64,000 bases of DNA, taken from the IMG/VR virus record IMGVR_UViG_3300024054_000008, positions 32,001-96,000 of that record, one strand, 5' to 3'. Under the pieces are notes generated by a model. It did no database searches. It was given only the letters and a program-made list of their open reading frames with translations, and was not told the origin of the DNA. Positions 1 through 9,484 of this stretch are shown here, in pieces. This stretch comes from a virus. Made by a program: the position numbers and the translations under genes. The stretch's first letter is position 1. Every line of letters starts with the position of its first letter.

Positions 1-588
1 TGAAGCGCGAGTTGCCAATTCTTCACCAGTATAACCAATTTCTTGCCAAGACCAATCATTGGCTTCAGCTGTCACATCTACCCCGTCAATTTCCAATTTG
101 TGCCAAATTACAAAGCCTTGACCAGACTCGACATCCATAGAAACTTCTTCTTTTGGAGTTCTGCCAGCATCAATTTCAAACGTGATATCAATGCGCTCAA
201 TATTAACACCGCCTTTATAATGAACGGTAAGATTATAATTACGAAGTTCATAACCTGGCCCGGAATCAGGAGCTATTCTAACGCCATCACCGGTCTTAGT
301 TATTGCTGACGGTGGTTTACTTTTATTTTGTTTATATTCCTTTGCTGCATCATTCATAGACTTTTGTAATTTTCCATTTAAGTAAACGTCAAGAGACGGA
401 CCAGCAAATCCGCCTTTTTGTTCTTTAACCTTTAAAGTCCAACCGGTGTCAATCTCACCTTCATATGTGTCAGGGGCAATTTCTTGCATGGCTGGCGGAT
501 AAACGCCTTCAGATTCAAAAGCAGCTTCAACTTCATTCAGAACATATGAGCGAGAAGCAATCCTTGAAGCAATCCTGCGAAATTTCAT
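1..588 (-). CDS. Hypothetical protein, 3' end truncated by the window edge (at least 196 aa), with N-terminal RIASRIAS leader
   Basis: Not in the ORF track. Manual translation from the ATG at 588 is open to base 1: MKFRRIASRIASRSYVLNEVEAAFESEG...WSWQEIGYTGEELATRAS. Confidence 0.8.
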   Translation of the reverse strand, partial: MKFRRIASRIASRSYVLNEVEAAFESEGVYPPAMQEIAPDTYEGEIDTGWTLKVKEQKGGFAGPSLDVYLNGKLQKSMNDAAKEYKQNKSKPPSAITKTGDGVRIAPDSGPGYELRNYNLTVHYKGGVNIERIDITFEIDAGRTPKEEVSMDVESGQGFVIWHKLEIDGVDVTAEANDWSWQEIGYTGEELATRAS

Positions 589-618
589 ATTTAAAGTTTT
601 TAATGCAAAGTTTAAAAT

Positions 619-876
619 ATGATTTCAAAAATAGCTTCAAAAATTGCTTCATCACCGCTTTCTGAAAGATATGATTATGGAACTGAGGCTGAAACGTTCC
701 CGTACAGTCATGAAGATTATTCATTAGAAGAATGGGACGAAATTTCTGAAAAAATACCAGAGGTTTACAAATTATTCCGTTCAACAGGGATTGACTACCC
801 AGCACAGGACGATCCGGTGTGGGAAGACGTTATGAAATTGGTTGAAAAAGCTGACATAAAACCGGCAAGTAAATAA
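619..876 (+). CDS. Small acidic hypothetical protein with N-terminal KIASKIAS leader
   Basis: 85 aa ORF MISKIASKIASSPLSERYDY..., protein-like composition, divergent from the gene at 588. Confidence 0.75.
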   Translation: MISKIASKIASSPLSERYDYGTEAETFPYSHEDYSLEEWDEISEKIPEVYKLFRSTGIDYPAQDDPVWEDVMKLVEKADIKPASK

Positions 877-903
877 TTATTCTTCAACAACACTCTTTGT
901 TAA

Positions 904-2511
904 TTATCGATACAAAACAAATTTCAATTTTGATTTAGTTGGCTTCTTCTCATAACCAAATTTCTCTGCGTATTCACGTTCTTTCATTTTCATTTTTTGA
1001 GCATGTTCGTAAAGAGTTTTTTTGTGAACGACATATCCTTCTGGACTAATATAAAAATAACTAACTGATGTTTCTTTTAAAAATTTCCAATTTGAAGCCT
1101 TATATATGGTTCCTGTATGGCCAAATGTTGGGTCTGCAAATGATATTATTACATCAATTGATTTAAATTCATCAAATAACAGTTTTGAACATCTGGATAA
1201 AAACCAGCTTGCAAAATTTTTCTTTTGATAATTTGGATGAATACAAAAACGATCAAGCTCAATAACTTTAGATGGGCTCAAATTCATAGAAGTTGCAACT
1301 TCTTTTCTGATAATTGGCGTAAATTTACACACCGCAATAAGATCTTTTTCAAGAAAAGCACCAACCACTAATTTTTCTTTCCTACCATATTGTGCGTAAT
1401 GAAACGAATTCAAAAAATCAACATACACATGGTTTTTTGAATTTCGATTTTTATCAATTTCATTGAACTTTCTAACTATAACATTTTCAAAATCAAACTT
1501 ATGTTGAATTTCATTAAAATCCTTTAATACAAATTTAGAAATCTTTTGTTTCACAATTTCTGGGTTAAAAAAATCTCGTTCATGAAGATACAAAATACGA
1601 AAATTTTGAAAATATTTATCAATGTACGAAAATTTTGAAGAGTCTCTTCTCATACCGTCAGGGGTATCATGCCAATATTCACCTTGAACCTCCACAAGCA
1701 CAGAATGGTCTGGAATAAAAAAATCAAAAAGATAATATCCAATTGCAAATTGTTGTTCAAATTTTAAATCTAAACTTTTTAAAATGTTGCCTGTAGCAAT
1801 CTCTATATTTGAACGATATCCATCAGTTGATACCTTCTGTACAGCTTTTAAACGTATGTGTTTAGCTTTCTCGCTTATTTCATAACACGAACGACATATA
1901 TACCGAAAAGATTCCGAAGATTTTCTCTTATGCCGTCTAATAGCATTTTTTAAAGAGTCAAATCTAATTATTATCTCATTATTACAACAAGAACAAACAA
2001 CTATTACTTTTTTACCTTTATCACGATACGAACCAAATTGTTGTAATGTTTTCTCTTGATTAATGGCAGAATCAATATCTGATTGCACTGGCATAGACCC
2101 GCCTGATTTACACTTTCTGCAAACGTATTTATAAATTAATCCATTTTTCTTATATTCCCATATTCTAAATTTTAGAGAACATATCTTTATACTATGGTAC
2201 GAATTGCACACAGAACATAAAACTACTACTAAACTATGTTTATTTTTTGGAGTGCCGTGAAGAAGTTTTGTTTTTTCAACAGAAACATGAGTTATTATTT
2301 CTGGATCTAATCGATTTTTGTTTTTTCTAGTGCAATAATTACATAGTATTATAGTATTATACCCATTACGACGAAGTCTAACTTTTAAAGAATTTAAGTT
2401 TATTACTGATTCACGCCCACAAGGACAATTGATAATTACTGGTGATTTGTTTTTAGGATTTCCATATACATCAATAGTTTTATTTTTGTCATAAAATTTA
2501 GACAAATCCAT
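904..2511 (-). CDS. Zn-ribbon repeat + Vsr/DUF559-like endonuclease + Mom-like GNAT fusion (copy A)
   Basis: Three CxxC...CxxC repeats; nuclease motif SNIE...FDFF...EVQGEYWH; C-terminal FLNSFHY...ELDRFC...KKNFASWFLS...SFAD...GHTGTIYKASNW, typical of Mu Mom-family GNATs. Confidence 0.85.
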   Translation of the reverse strand: MDLSKFYDKNKTIDVYGNPKNKSPVIINCPCGRESVINLNSLKVRLRRNGYNTIILCNYCTRKNKNRLDPEIITHVSVEKTKLLHGTPKNKHSLVVVLCSVCNSYHSIKICSLKFRIWEYKKNGLIYKYVCRKCKSGGSMPVQSDIDSAINQEKTLQQFGSYRDKGKKVIVVCSCCNNEIIIRFDSLKNAIRRHKRKSSESFRYICRSCYEISEKAKHIRLKAVQKVSTDGYRSNIEIATGNILKSLDLKFEQQFAIGYYLFDFFIPDHSVLVEVQGEYWHDTPDGMRRDSSKFSYIDKYFQNFRILYLHERDFFNPEIVKQKISKFVLKDFNEIQHKFDFENVIVRKFNEIDKNRNSKNHVYVDFLNSFHYAQYGRKEKLVVGAFLEKDLIAVCKFTPIIRKEVATSMNLSPSKVIELDRFCIHPNYQKKNFASWFLSRCSKLLFDEFKSIDVIISFADPTFGHTGTIYKASNWKFLKETSVSYFYISPEGYVVHKKTLYEHAQKMKMKEREYAEKFGYEKKPTKSKLKFVLYR

Positions 2512-2689
2512 ATATAATTATACAAGAATGATTACGAAAAAAATTTGTAATATTATTAACATGTAAACTACAGAATTTTTACACCGAAATCTTCGATCGT
2601 ATTATATTTCAACTAAAGAAAATAGAAAAGAGAACAAACTAAAGAAAAATTAAATATACAAACTAAAATTTAAGGATGAAAACAAATAC

Positions 2690-2724
2690 TTTTTCGCCCG
2701 AGGTTTTCGGCCTCGGGCGAAAAA
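2690..2724 (-). terminator. Strong hairpin after the major capsid gene (probable terminator or mRNA-stabilising stem)
   Basis: TTTTTCGCCCGAGG-7nt loop-CCTCGGGCGAAAAA, a perfect 14-bp stem 23 nt downstream of the capsid stop. On the minus strand it is followed by GUAUUUGUUUU rather than a classical pure U-tract. Confidence 0.7.
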
Positions 2725-2747
2725 GAGTTCTTAAAAGCTCAGAAAGC

Positions 2748-3635
2748 TCACCGCGTAATGATGAGACGCACCAACCCGCGTGGGTTAAATGCTCCGATCC
2801 CGAGATTTTCGAACATACTGAAACCAATCGTGCGCTCTTCTGGATTGTCTGCCGACAATACAGTCAACTCTGTACGGACTGGTATCCGTCCAAAGAACTC
2901 TGGCTCGCAACAGACGTACACAATGCCAGCCGGAACGAGACGTGACACAATGAACTGAGCGTTCCAACCGCTCGCCATCATACCACTCTTCCACAGCGTT
3001 GCTTGACTCTCAATGTCAAGAACGTCGCGACCGAACTTACGGATATCTGCGTAATCAGTCGCGTTCATATAAACGCGAGCAACACGCAGGTCGTGGCGTT
3101 CAATTTCGGCGAACGCGTCCGCGAGGACGGCCGGAGAAACTGGCGCAACAACTGGAATATCCGGGTTCGTGCCGCCAGGCAGCGAGTCAAAACCGCTGAC
3201 CGCGATGGCATCAAGAATCGAGAACACACGGTCGTCCTCGGCAGCCTGAATCTGAGCTTTGCCCAGATCTTGCATACGCTTAAGCAGATCGTACCGGCGC
3301 TCCTTCACCTGTGTGAGCGGGGCTTTCGGCAGAGCCGCAATTTCGAAAAGCGGGAAAATCACGCGCCGTGGCTTTGCAACGGCTGTAATGCTCTCGCCTT
3401 CCTCACCAATCACGTATGCAATCACGTCCGGATCTTTGTCATAGATCGGAAGCGCTCCATCCGGAAGCTGCTCAACCAAGAAGGTCTTACGGCCTACAGA
3501 CGAGTAATCTCTGCGCTCACGCAGAGGCTGAACCATCGAAGCCGCTAAGCGACGACGGCCAGATGAACTGCCAATGTATTGGTCGACAACCTTTTCTTTG
3601 ACTGCGTTGTCGACAACCTGAACTCCAAACGGCAT
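2748..3635 (-). CDS. Major capsid protein (HK97-fold type)
   Basis: 295 aa, strong SD (AGGAGG), highest GC and codon bias in the window, position at the end of the protease-scaffold-head cluster, ends ...GIGAFNPRGLVRLIITR as in HK97-like MCPs. Confidence 0.8.
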   Translation of the reverse strand: MPFGVQVVDNAVKEKVVDQYIGSSSGRRRLAASMVQPLRERRDYSSVGRKTFLVEQLPDGALPIYDKDPDVIAYVIGEEGESITAVAKPRRVIFPLFEIAALPKAPLTQVKERRYDLLKRMQDLGKAQIQAAEDDRVFSILDAIAVSGFDSLPGGTNPDIPVVAPVSPAVLADAFAEIERHDLRVARVYMNATDYADIRKFGRDVLDIESQATLWKSGMMASGWNAQFIVSRLVPAGIVYVCCEPEFFGRIPVRTELTVLSADNPEERTIGFSMFENLGIGAFNPRGLVRLIITR

Positions 3636-3658
3636 CTTGCTATCCTCCTAAGCCTGAA

Positions 3659-4330
3659 TCAGGCGTAGAGCTCCACAAACAGCTCGGTGCTGCTGGAGTC
3701 CGGTGCAGAAAGAACAACGCCCATACGAGTTAAATCCGGTTCAATAGCAGCGCCGCCACCGCCAGAACCAGAAGTTGCAGCTGTGATCCACTGAGTCTCA
3801 TACGAATCTTGCCAACGGTTCGTTAAATAACCATTGACAGACGCGTACAGGAGCTGACCTTCATCATATGATGTCAGCGGGTTACCAATCACGCCACCGC
3901 CAACTGTTGTCTGCACCTGAGTCTCGTAGATTTTCGTTCCGATTGCACCACCACGAACAAATGGCCCTTTTCCTGAGGCCACGCCGGGTGTGTTCTCGTA
4001 CGCATTTCCAAGAGCGTCGTTGATGAAGATGCCGAGGGGGCGAACGTTTGCAATGTAGGTTGGACCAGCCGTTACCTTGGCTCCGCCTACAGTGTTCGTT
4101 CCCGCGTCAGGTCGAACCAATGCTACCGAACCGCCAAGCACGCCCAGCTTCACGTTAGCTGGCAAAGTCGTAGACCGCGCGCTTGTGGTAGTCTCAACGT
4201 TCGGGTTATTCTGCGTAAATGCATCCGATGCAAGATCCGGAATTGAATCTTTTACATAGGAATACAGAATGCGCAGCGAGCTATTCGAAAGGCGAAAATC
4301 GCCTGATGCTTGACCGCCGATGTTTCCCAT
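3659..4330 (-). CDS. Auxiliary head / capsid decoration-like protein
   Basis: 223 aa, Gly/Thr/Val-rich beta-type sequence, GGGAG SD, immediately upstream of the MCP with similar high codon bias; function inferred from synteny. Confidence 0.55.
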   Translation of the reverse strand: MGNIGGQASGDFRLSNSSLRILYSYVKDSIPDLASDAFTQNNPNVETTTSARSTTLPANVKLGVLGGSVALVRPDAGTNTVGGAKVTAGPTYIANVRPLGIFINDALGNAYENTPGVASGKGPFVRGGAIGTKIYETQVQTTVGGGVIGNPLTSYDEGQLLYASVNGYLTNRWQDSYETQWITAATSGSGGGGAAIEPDLTRMGVVLSAPDSSSTELFVELYA

Positions 4331-4524
4331 TACTATCTCCCAGATCCCAAAAGACTTGCACTTAGCTTATCAAACTGTCTAAAGTTAAACGATTTCAGTC
4401 CACCATTGGCGCGAAACCATTATTTAACTTCATTCAATTCAACCGCTTCGTTTAAATCCTCCGAAATTTCAGGCCAGGTCTGCGTCTTTGTTTCCCAATA
4501 TCACCGGCAGCATGCCGGATAATC

Positions 4525-5751
4525 TCAAGCTCCTGGTCGATCCCAAAGAGCTTCTAACATTGTGTCCTCAGTTGGTTTCTTACTTGGCTGGACAGCACCA
4601 AGTTTCTTAGTTGGATTTGTTGAAGCCGTGCGACCAGCAATTGGCTGGAAGTCTTGCTCTGAGGCAGCCTTCAGCTCACGTTGCGCCTTAACTTCTTCAT
4701 GATCTGAGAAGAGACGATCTAAAGCGTCATCGTCTCCGGGCAACTTCGACGCTGTGTGGACATCGTCATCACCGCCATCGAATGAGATCTCAACCTCACC
4801 AGGTGATTTGTTTTCAGAAGCCGCAATTGGAGCAGCTGGTTGTTCAGTTGTCTGGAACAACGCATGAAGATCATCAACTGGCGCAGCCTCTGTAACTGGT
4901 GGCTGTGCGCCTGGAGCGCCTGGTGGCGGACCAAGCTCCTCAGTCAACATTTGTTCAACTTCTTTAGCTTCGGCTGAAGTAATTCCTTCGCCTTCGCCTT
5001 CGCCTTCTGGCTCTTTCTTCTCAGTCATTGTCTGAGAAGTTTTCTTCTCAGTCATTGTCTGAGAAGTTTCTGTTTCTTCTTCCTCTTCAGCTTCTTCCTC
5101 TGTCTCATCATCAGCAATTCGGACCGAAGCTACTGCTCCAATTATGCCTTTCAACACCTTATCATCAGCAGCGTAAAAAGCACGGGCGACAGTTTCAATT
5201 GCATTATCACCGGCACTCTCGCCAAGCATACGCGCTGCCAATTTAGTGCACGCCATAGCTCGATTGTAACGAGCTTTCGGCTCCATCGAATCAGGAGACG
5301 CCTCTCGCATACGTTTTAATGTAGAAACTATAACTTGATTCGGTAAACTCATAAAATCAACAATTTGATCTTCTACAACCTTGTCACTGGCAGTATGCAA
5401 AACGGCACGTGCCAGTTTCTCAACGGCCGCAGCCTTTCTTTCGGCCGCAGTACGCCGATTATCGTACTTACCTTTGCTATCACGACCCCATTTATCTGAG
5501 TCTTTGTGGTCCCAGGTGTCATTCCTAAACTCTGGGAAACCAACTTCGTTGCGCTTTACAGCGCCACCTTCATATTCTGAATCAACACGACCCGGGCCAT
5601 GCCATGACTCAGCCCACTCATCTGGATTGCCGCTCTCATACTCAACTGGAGTTGGTTGAGGATGCTCTTGATTCATGTCGTAAATATCAGCTTTTCTAGC
5701 TGTAGCAGCTTGATGAGCTTTCCCAGATTCCCAAGTTGTGCGCTTACGCAT
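4525..5751 (-). CDS. Acidic scaffold-like head protein
   Basis: 408 aa, helical segments plus acidic/Pro low-complexity tracts (DDETEEEAEEEEE, EGEGEGEG, GPPPGAPG); lies between the protease and head genes; AGGAG SD. Confidence 0.6.
   Translation of the reverse strand: MRKRTTWESGKAHQAATARKADIYDMNQEHPQPTPVEYESGNPDEWAESWHGPGRVDSEYEGGAVKRNEVGFPEFRNDTWDHKDSDKWGRDSKGKYDNRRTAAERKAAAVEKLARAVLHTASDKVVEDQIVDFMSLPNQVIVSTLKRMREASPDSMEPKARYNRAMACTKLAARMLGESAGDNAIETVARAFYAADDKVLKGIIGAVASVRIADDETEEEAEEEEETETSQTMTEKKTSQTMTEKKEPEGEGEGEGITSAEAKEVEQMLTEELGPPPGAPGAQPPVTEAAPVDDLHALFQTTEQPAAPIAASENKSPGEVEISFDGGDDDVHTASKLPGDDDALDRLFSDHEEVKAQRELKAASEQDFQPIAGRTASTNPTKKLGAVQPSKKPTEDTMLEALWDRPGA
5014..5069. repeat. 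In-frame tandem duplication of a 27-bp unit containing an 8-bp inverted repeat
   Basis: TTTCTTCTCAGTCATTGTCTGAGAAGT occurs at 5014-5040 and 5041-5067 and encodes TSQTMTEKK twice; CTTCTCAG and CTGAGAAG are reverse complements. Confidence 0.95.
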
Positions 5752-5803
5752 GATCGTGTAATCTCCTATAGGGACTTTCCATTAAAATCATATGAAAAAT
5801 CCA

Positions 5804-8677
5804 TTAGTTTCCAATCGCCAGTGACGATATTTTACCCTTCCAAATGAAGAACCTTTCTTCATTTGGTGTTAGTTTTCGACCCAATTTGATGCTACATGCG
5901 GCCAGATATGACTGCTGACTTGGGTACAATTTCATTGGTCCAACAGCTAAAACTACTTTATAAAGACTTGATAAAGTAGAATTATCATGACCTAACCTAA
6001 TTCTATCTTCTACCCAAGATAGAAGAACCAAATCACGGCTATGCAAATGATTTGCTTTTATGGCACGCAAACCACCGTAATGAACAATTTTATAATTTTT
6101 CTCTGACCACTCAATCAATTTTTTGTTAGATCCGAATTGCTTTCGAAGCCCGTTTTTGAATTTCAAATATTTGTGATCTGCAGTTGAACCAAGCACCAAA
6201 TTATCATTGTAACCAGTAACACCGACAGGCTGCGTCGGACTTTCGGCATACCCAACATCTTCAGGTTTCGGACCAAATCTTTCTTTGATTCGGTTTGAAA
6301 GAGCCTCAACAATCGTTTCTTGTATGCTGTCTATTAATTTATCAATTTTTTCATCAACGGGAACTTCTTTTGATTCTTCTTTTTCCGGCTTTTCATCGGC
6401 CTTTTCATCAGCTGGCTTGTCAGCTTTATCAAATTCTGTCGGAGCTTCATCAGCTGGCTTATCTTCTGCCGGCTTCTCTTCAGGCTCCTGTGCAATTTTC
6501 ATTGAAGCTGCATGTTTGATACCATCAGGTAAAGGCTGAGACGATCTTACGTCATAAATTTGTTGAGATGCAGCAAATTGTGAATTTGGTACTAAAGTTG
6601 GATTCAAAAGATTGCGTTTAACAGCACCTTTGAAAGCCGGATTTTTAACCCAAGAAGCTTCAATAAATTGATTGCTCTTTGGTACAGAAACGTGACCAAT
6701 TAATTCAGAAATTTGATTCTCTGCGCCAGTATCATCAATAAATTTGTTACCTTTTCCTTCGTATAAAATGCAGGAGCAAAGATTACTATCGTCTGCAGCA
6801 ACATTCCCACACTTTGTACAAATGGTAAAAAGTGATATACAATTAGATACACCAATACCGTTTACGACATATGAATGATCATTATCAACTTGCATATCGT
6901 AAACAAACCCACGGTACTCAGTTTTATCGATTTTCTTTATACGCGAGAATAAATAACCACCAGCAATCCATCGATCTGAATTTCCTGATTTATATTGAAT
7001 TTCTGATTTATTTTTTTGGATTTTTACAGATGGAATTTTTACTGATCCGTCATTTCTAATTCTGATTTGATAATCAATACCGCTTGCATTTGGAAGTAAT
7101 TTAGTACCTTTTCTACGAATTGATGAGACAGTACTTATTATTCCACATCTAGCAAGTAGTAAGAAATACTGATTAGCTAAATTCCTATTACGAGTTGATA
7201 TGAAAACTTGTTTTGTGCCGTTTTTAGTCGTGCTAACACAACCGTCGGAATCAACAACTCCAGATAAAAATGCCAATTGATGATCAATCGGCCATGACAT
7301 GACATCCTGAGAAATCGATTTCTCAAGAGCCTTACGACCGTGCGTATAAGCGTCAATTAAATTCCGAACTGCATGACTAGAAGAAACAAGGTAATAAGCG
7401 TTCTTTCTTTGTTGGCAGGATACAGCTTTTGGTTCCTTGCGCGGATCTGATAAAAATGCTGTGCCTTTTTCTTTATAAGAATTTACCCAATTATAACCAG
7501 TTCTACGACTAACACCAGCACGTTTGCATAAACTGGCGAATGATTTATCATTCTCAGACCAAGCTGAAATGAATTGCGACCTACTAAAAAATTCACCATT
7601 TGCTACAACACGAGTTTCTTTAGACTTCCAAGAAATACGATCAATAATTGATGACATTTCCTTAGCTATGTCAGGATAGCTAACATCACAACATAAACCA
7701 ACCCCAATTGAAGAATCATGTTTATTTTCCCATTTCCAACCGTCACCAATCCAATAACCTAATAATCTAGCTTCTTCAAGTGTAACAGCAGGTTTGATGG
7801 TGTTGGTCGGGATTGGTGTAGCAATAATATCATTGATTTGAATCTTGTCAGCGTTTAATTTTTCAAAGTTATATGTAGTTTGTACAAATTTGTTGTTCTT
7901 ATAAATAACACTATCACGCGGAACAACATAAAAATCATGGTTGCTTGTAGCATTAACAACAGGAAGACCAACGGCTTTGATTTTATAAATCGACCAACGA
8001 TTTTCTCTGATTTGTAAATTGTTTACCCGACACACATTACCTTTTTGAGAAAGGACTTCCATATCAGGTCTGATATCTTCAATCGGTAGGACAGAACCGT
8101 CTCCTAAAGTAACCAAAGACCCTGGAACAAAACAGCCCATCGATTGAGCTGTTATTTCTTCAGATAAAATATCGTCAATTAATTTAGTGTGTTTTCTATC
8201 AGTTGCACAAAGAATGTCAATATAAACTGAATTGCCAACATCTCTTGCTATTGCATCAACAATGAATCCTTTTGACAACTCAGGGATCTGTATGTGCTCT
8301 AAATAAACGTTGGCACCTACAAAAGTTTTGTATGTTGCTAACAATAACGGACGCGCCCATCCGTCCATATTATTGTTCACGATGTTCAAACATTCAGGTT
8401 TAATTCTATAATCTGGATGTCTAACGTCAATCTCCATTCCTCTAACAAGTTGTTTGCCAAGTTTAACATTTTTAGGTTCATAAGTATCAACGGACGCAAC
8501 GATTGTGCTGTGTGATAATAAATATTGATTCGGGTTACATTTTCTCAATAAAGTCTTTGCAACTCTATTAGTATGATCTGACACTCCCTCATTGGGTCTG
8601 CGTAATTCCTCAACCCACTGGTCGTACTTTATATTTGGATTACATACCAAACTACTGGATGTTTTTCTAAACGCCAT
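5804..8677 (-). CDS. Prohead (capsid maturation) protease precursor with intein
   Basis: N-extein has ...YLEH... and ...SMG; C-extein CISLFTICTKCGN...ISELIGHV...FIEASWVKNPAF, an SH-clan/herpes-fold-like His, Ser and E-x-S-x-V-x-x-PA pattern; acidic C-terminal tail. Spliced length 526 aa. Confidence 0.7.
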   Translation of the reverse strand: MAFRKTSSSLVCNPNIKYDQWVEELRRPNEGVSDHTNRVAKTLLRKCNPNQYLLSHSTIVASVDTYEPKNVKLGKQLVRGMEIDVRHPDYRIKPECLNIVNNNMDGWARPLLLATYKTFVGANVYLEHIQIPELSKGFIVDAIARDVGNSVYIDILCATDRKHTKLIDDILSEEITAQSMGCFVPGSLVTLGDGSVLPIEDIRPDMEVLSQKGNVCRVNNLQIRENRWSIYKIKAVGLPVVNATSNHDFYVVPRDSVIYKNNKFVQTTYNFEKLNADKIQINDIIATPIPTNTIKPAVTLEEARLLGYWIGDGWKWENKHDSSIGVGLCCDVSYPDIAKEMSSIIDRISWKSKETRVVANGEFFSRSQFISAWSENDKSFASLCKRAGVSRRTGYNWVNSYKEKGTAFLSDPRKEPKAVSCQQRKNAYYLVSSSHAVRNLIDAYTHGRKALEKSISQDVMSWPIDHQLAFLSGVVDSDGCVSTTKNGTKQVFISTRNRNLANQYFLLLARCGIISTVSSIRRKGTKLLPNASGIDYQIRIRNDGSVKIPSVKIQKNKSEIQYKSGNSDRWIAGGYLFSRIKKIDKTEYRGFVYDMQVDNDHSYVVNGIGVSNCISLFTICTKCGNVAADDSNLCSCILYEGKGNKFIDDTGAENQISELIGHVSVPKSNQFIEASWVKNPAFKGAVKRNLLNPTLVPNSQFAASQQIYDVRSSQPLPDGIKHAASMKIAQEPEEKPAEDKPADEAPTEFDKADKPADEKADEKPEKEESKEVPVDEKIDKLIDSIQETIVEALSNRIKERFGPKPEDVGYAESPTQPVGVTGYNDNLVLGSTADHKYLKFKNGLRKQFGSNKKLIEWSEKNYKIVHYGGLRAIKANHLHSRDLVLLSWVEDRIRLGHDNSTLSSLYKVVLAVGPMKLYPSQQSYLAACSIKLGRKLTPNEERFFIWKGKISSLAIGN
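6842..8134 (-). mobile_element. Intein (431 aa) with LAGLIDADG homing endonuclease in the prohead protease
   Basis: SMG|CFVPGSLV ... ATSNHDF (block B) ... LLGYWIGDG, FLSGVVDSDG ... HSYVVNGIGVSN|C. Confidence 0.92.
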
Positions 8678-8714
8678 AGTCTAAATTGACTTAATAATAA
8701 AGACCTGAAATAAA

Positions 8715-9458
8715 TCACTCAACAACTAAATCAGATGGTTTTATGCAAAATCCACATGCCTTACATTGTAATAACCTAGCTCCATGTTTATATGTTCTGG
8801 GCTTCAAAAAAGTTTTGCATCTTGGACATGATAATTTTCCACTTGATCTTTCACGCTTTGTAACTTTATACTTTCTGTTACCATCTTTCCAATAAAGCGC
8901 AATCCTTCTTCCAAGTTCATATAAATTTGATATCGTTATCCTTATAGCTTCTGACCCATGTTGATCTGAAAATAATGAACTCAAACGACGAAATGCGTCT
9001 ATTTCAGTTTCACCTGTATGCCATGCTTTGCAGGCTTGCCTCCAAACCGGCATAGTCCGTTTTTCATATCTACGAACAGCACGTTCTAAAATAGTTTCAG
9101 ACGATGCCGATTTTAATAATTTCTTTCTCCATTTTTCATCAAGTTTCAAAGTTTCTTCGTCATTGGTATGACGACTCTGGTCCAGTGATGAATAACTTTG
9201 ATCAACCCAAAGCATTGGTAATTTATCAGTCCTATCAGGATGGACTTTTACAAGCTCAGTCGGGGTCTCTTCTTCAATACCCCACGGCCACTGGACCTTG
9301 ACTCGACCAGTATCAGGATTAGATACAATAACACGGCCCAAATATGGAGTGAGGAAGAAATCGTGCAACCCGCCACGTTGCACCATATCCCCAGAATTAA
9401 ATTCCAAGGCCATTAGCTGATTATCTATATACGCAATTCTTTTATTATGTTCAGACAT
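8715..9458 (-). CDS. Hypothetical head-cluster protein with C-terminal Zn ribbon
   Basis: 247 aa; C-terminal CPRC-x16-CKAC. Confidence 0.7.
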   Translation of the reverse strand: MSEHNKRIAYIDNQLMALEFNSGDMVQRGGLHDFFLTPYLGRVIVSNPDTGRVKVQWPWGIEEETPTELVKVHPDRTDKLPMLWVDQSYSSLDQSRHTNDEETLKLDEKWRKKLLKSASSETILERAVRRYEKRTMPVWRQACKAWHTGETEIDAFRRLSSLFSDQHGSEAIRITISNLYELGRRIALYWKDGNRKYKVTKRERSSGKLSCPRCKTFLKPRTYKHGARLLQCKACGFCIKPSDLVVE

Positions 9459-9484
9459 GGCTTAAATCAATTTCCATAATCTAT

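Noticed and set aside
2611-2670. AACTAAA repeated three times at 24-26 nt spacing as origin iterons
   Set aside because: Low-complexity A-rich sequence in which such matches are expected by chance.
2676-4522. Several plus-strand ORFs over the capsid region (e.g. 3003-3548)
   Set aside because: Antisense shadows of GC-rich, codon-biased genes, with no motifs of their own.
5014-5069. 27-bp palindromic repeat as a mini CRISPR array
   Set aside because: Two adjacent copies with no spacer, in frame inside a CDS.
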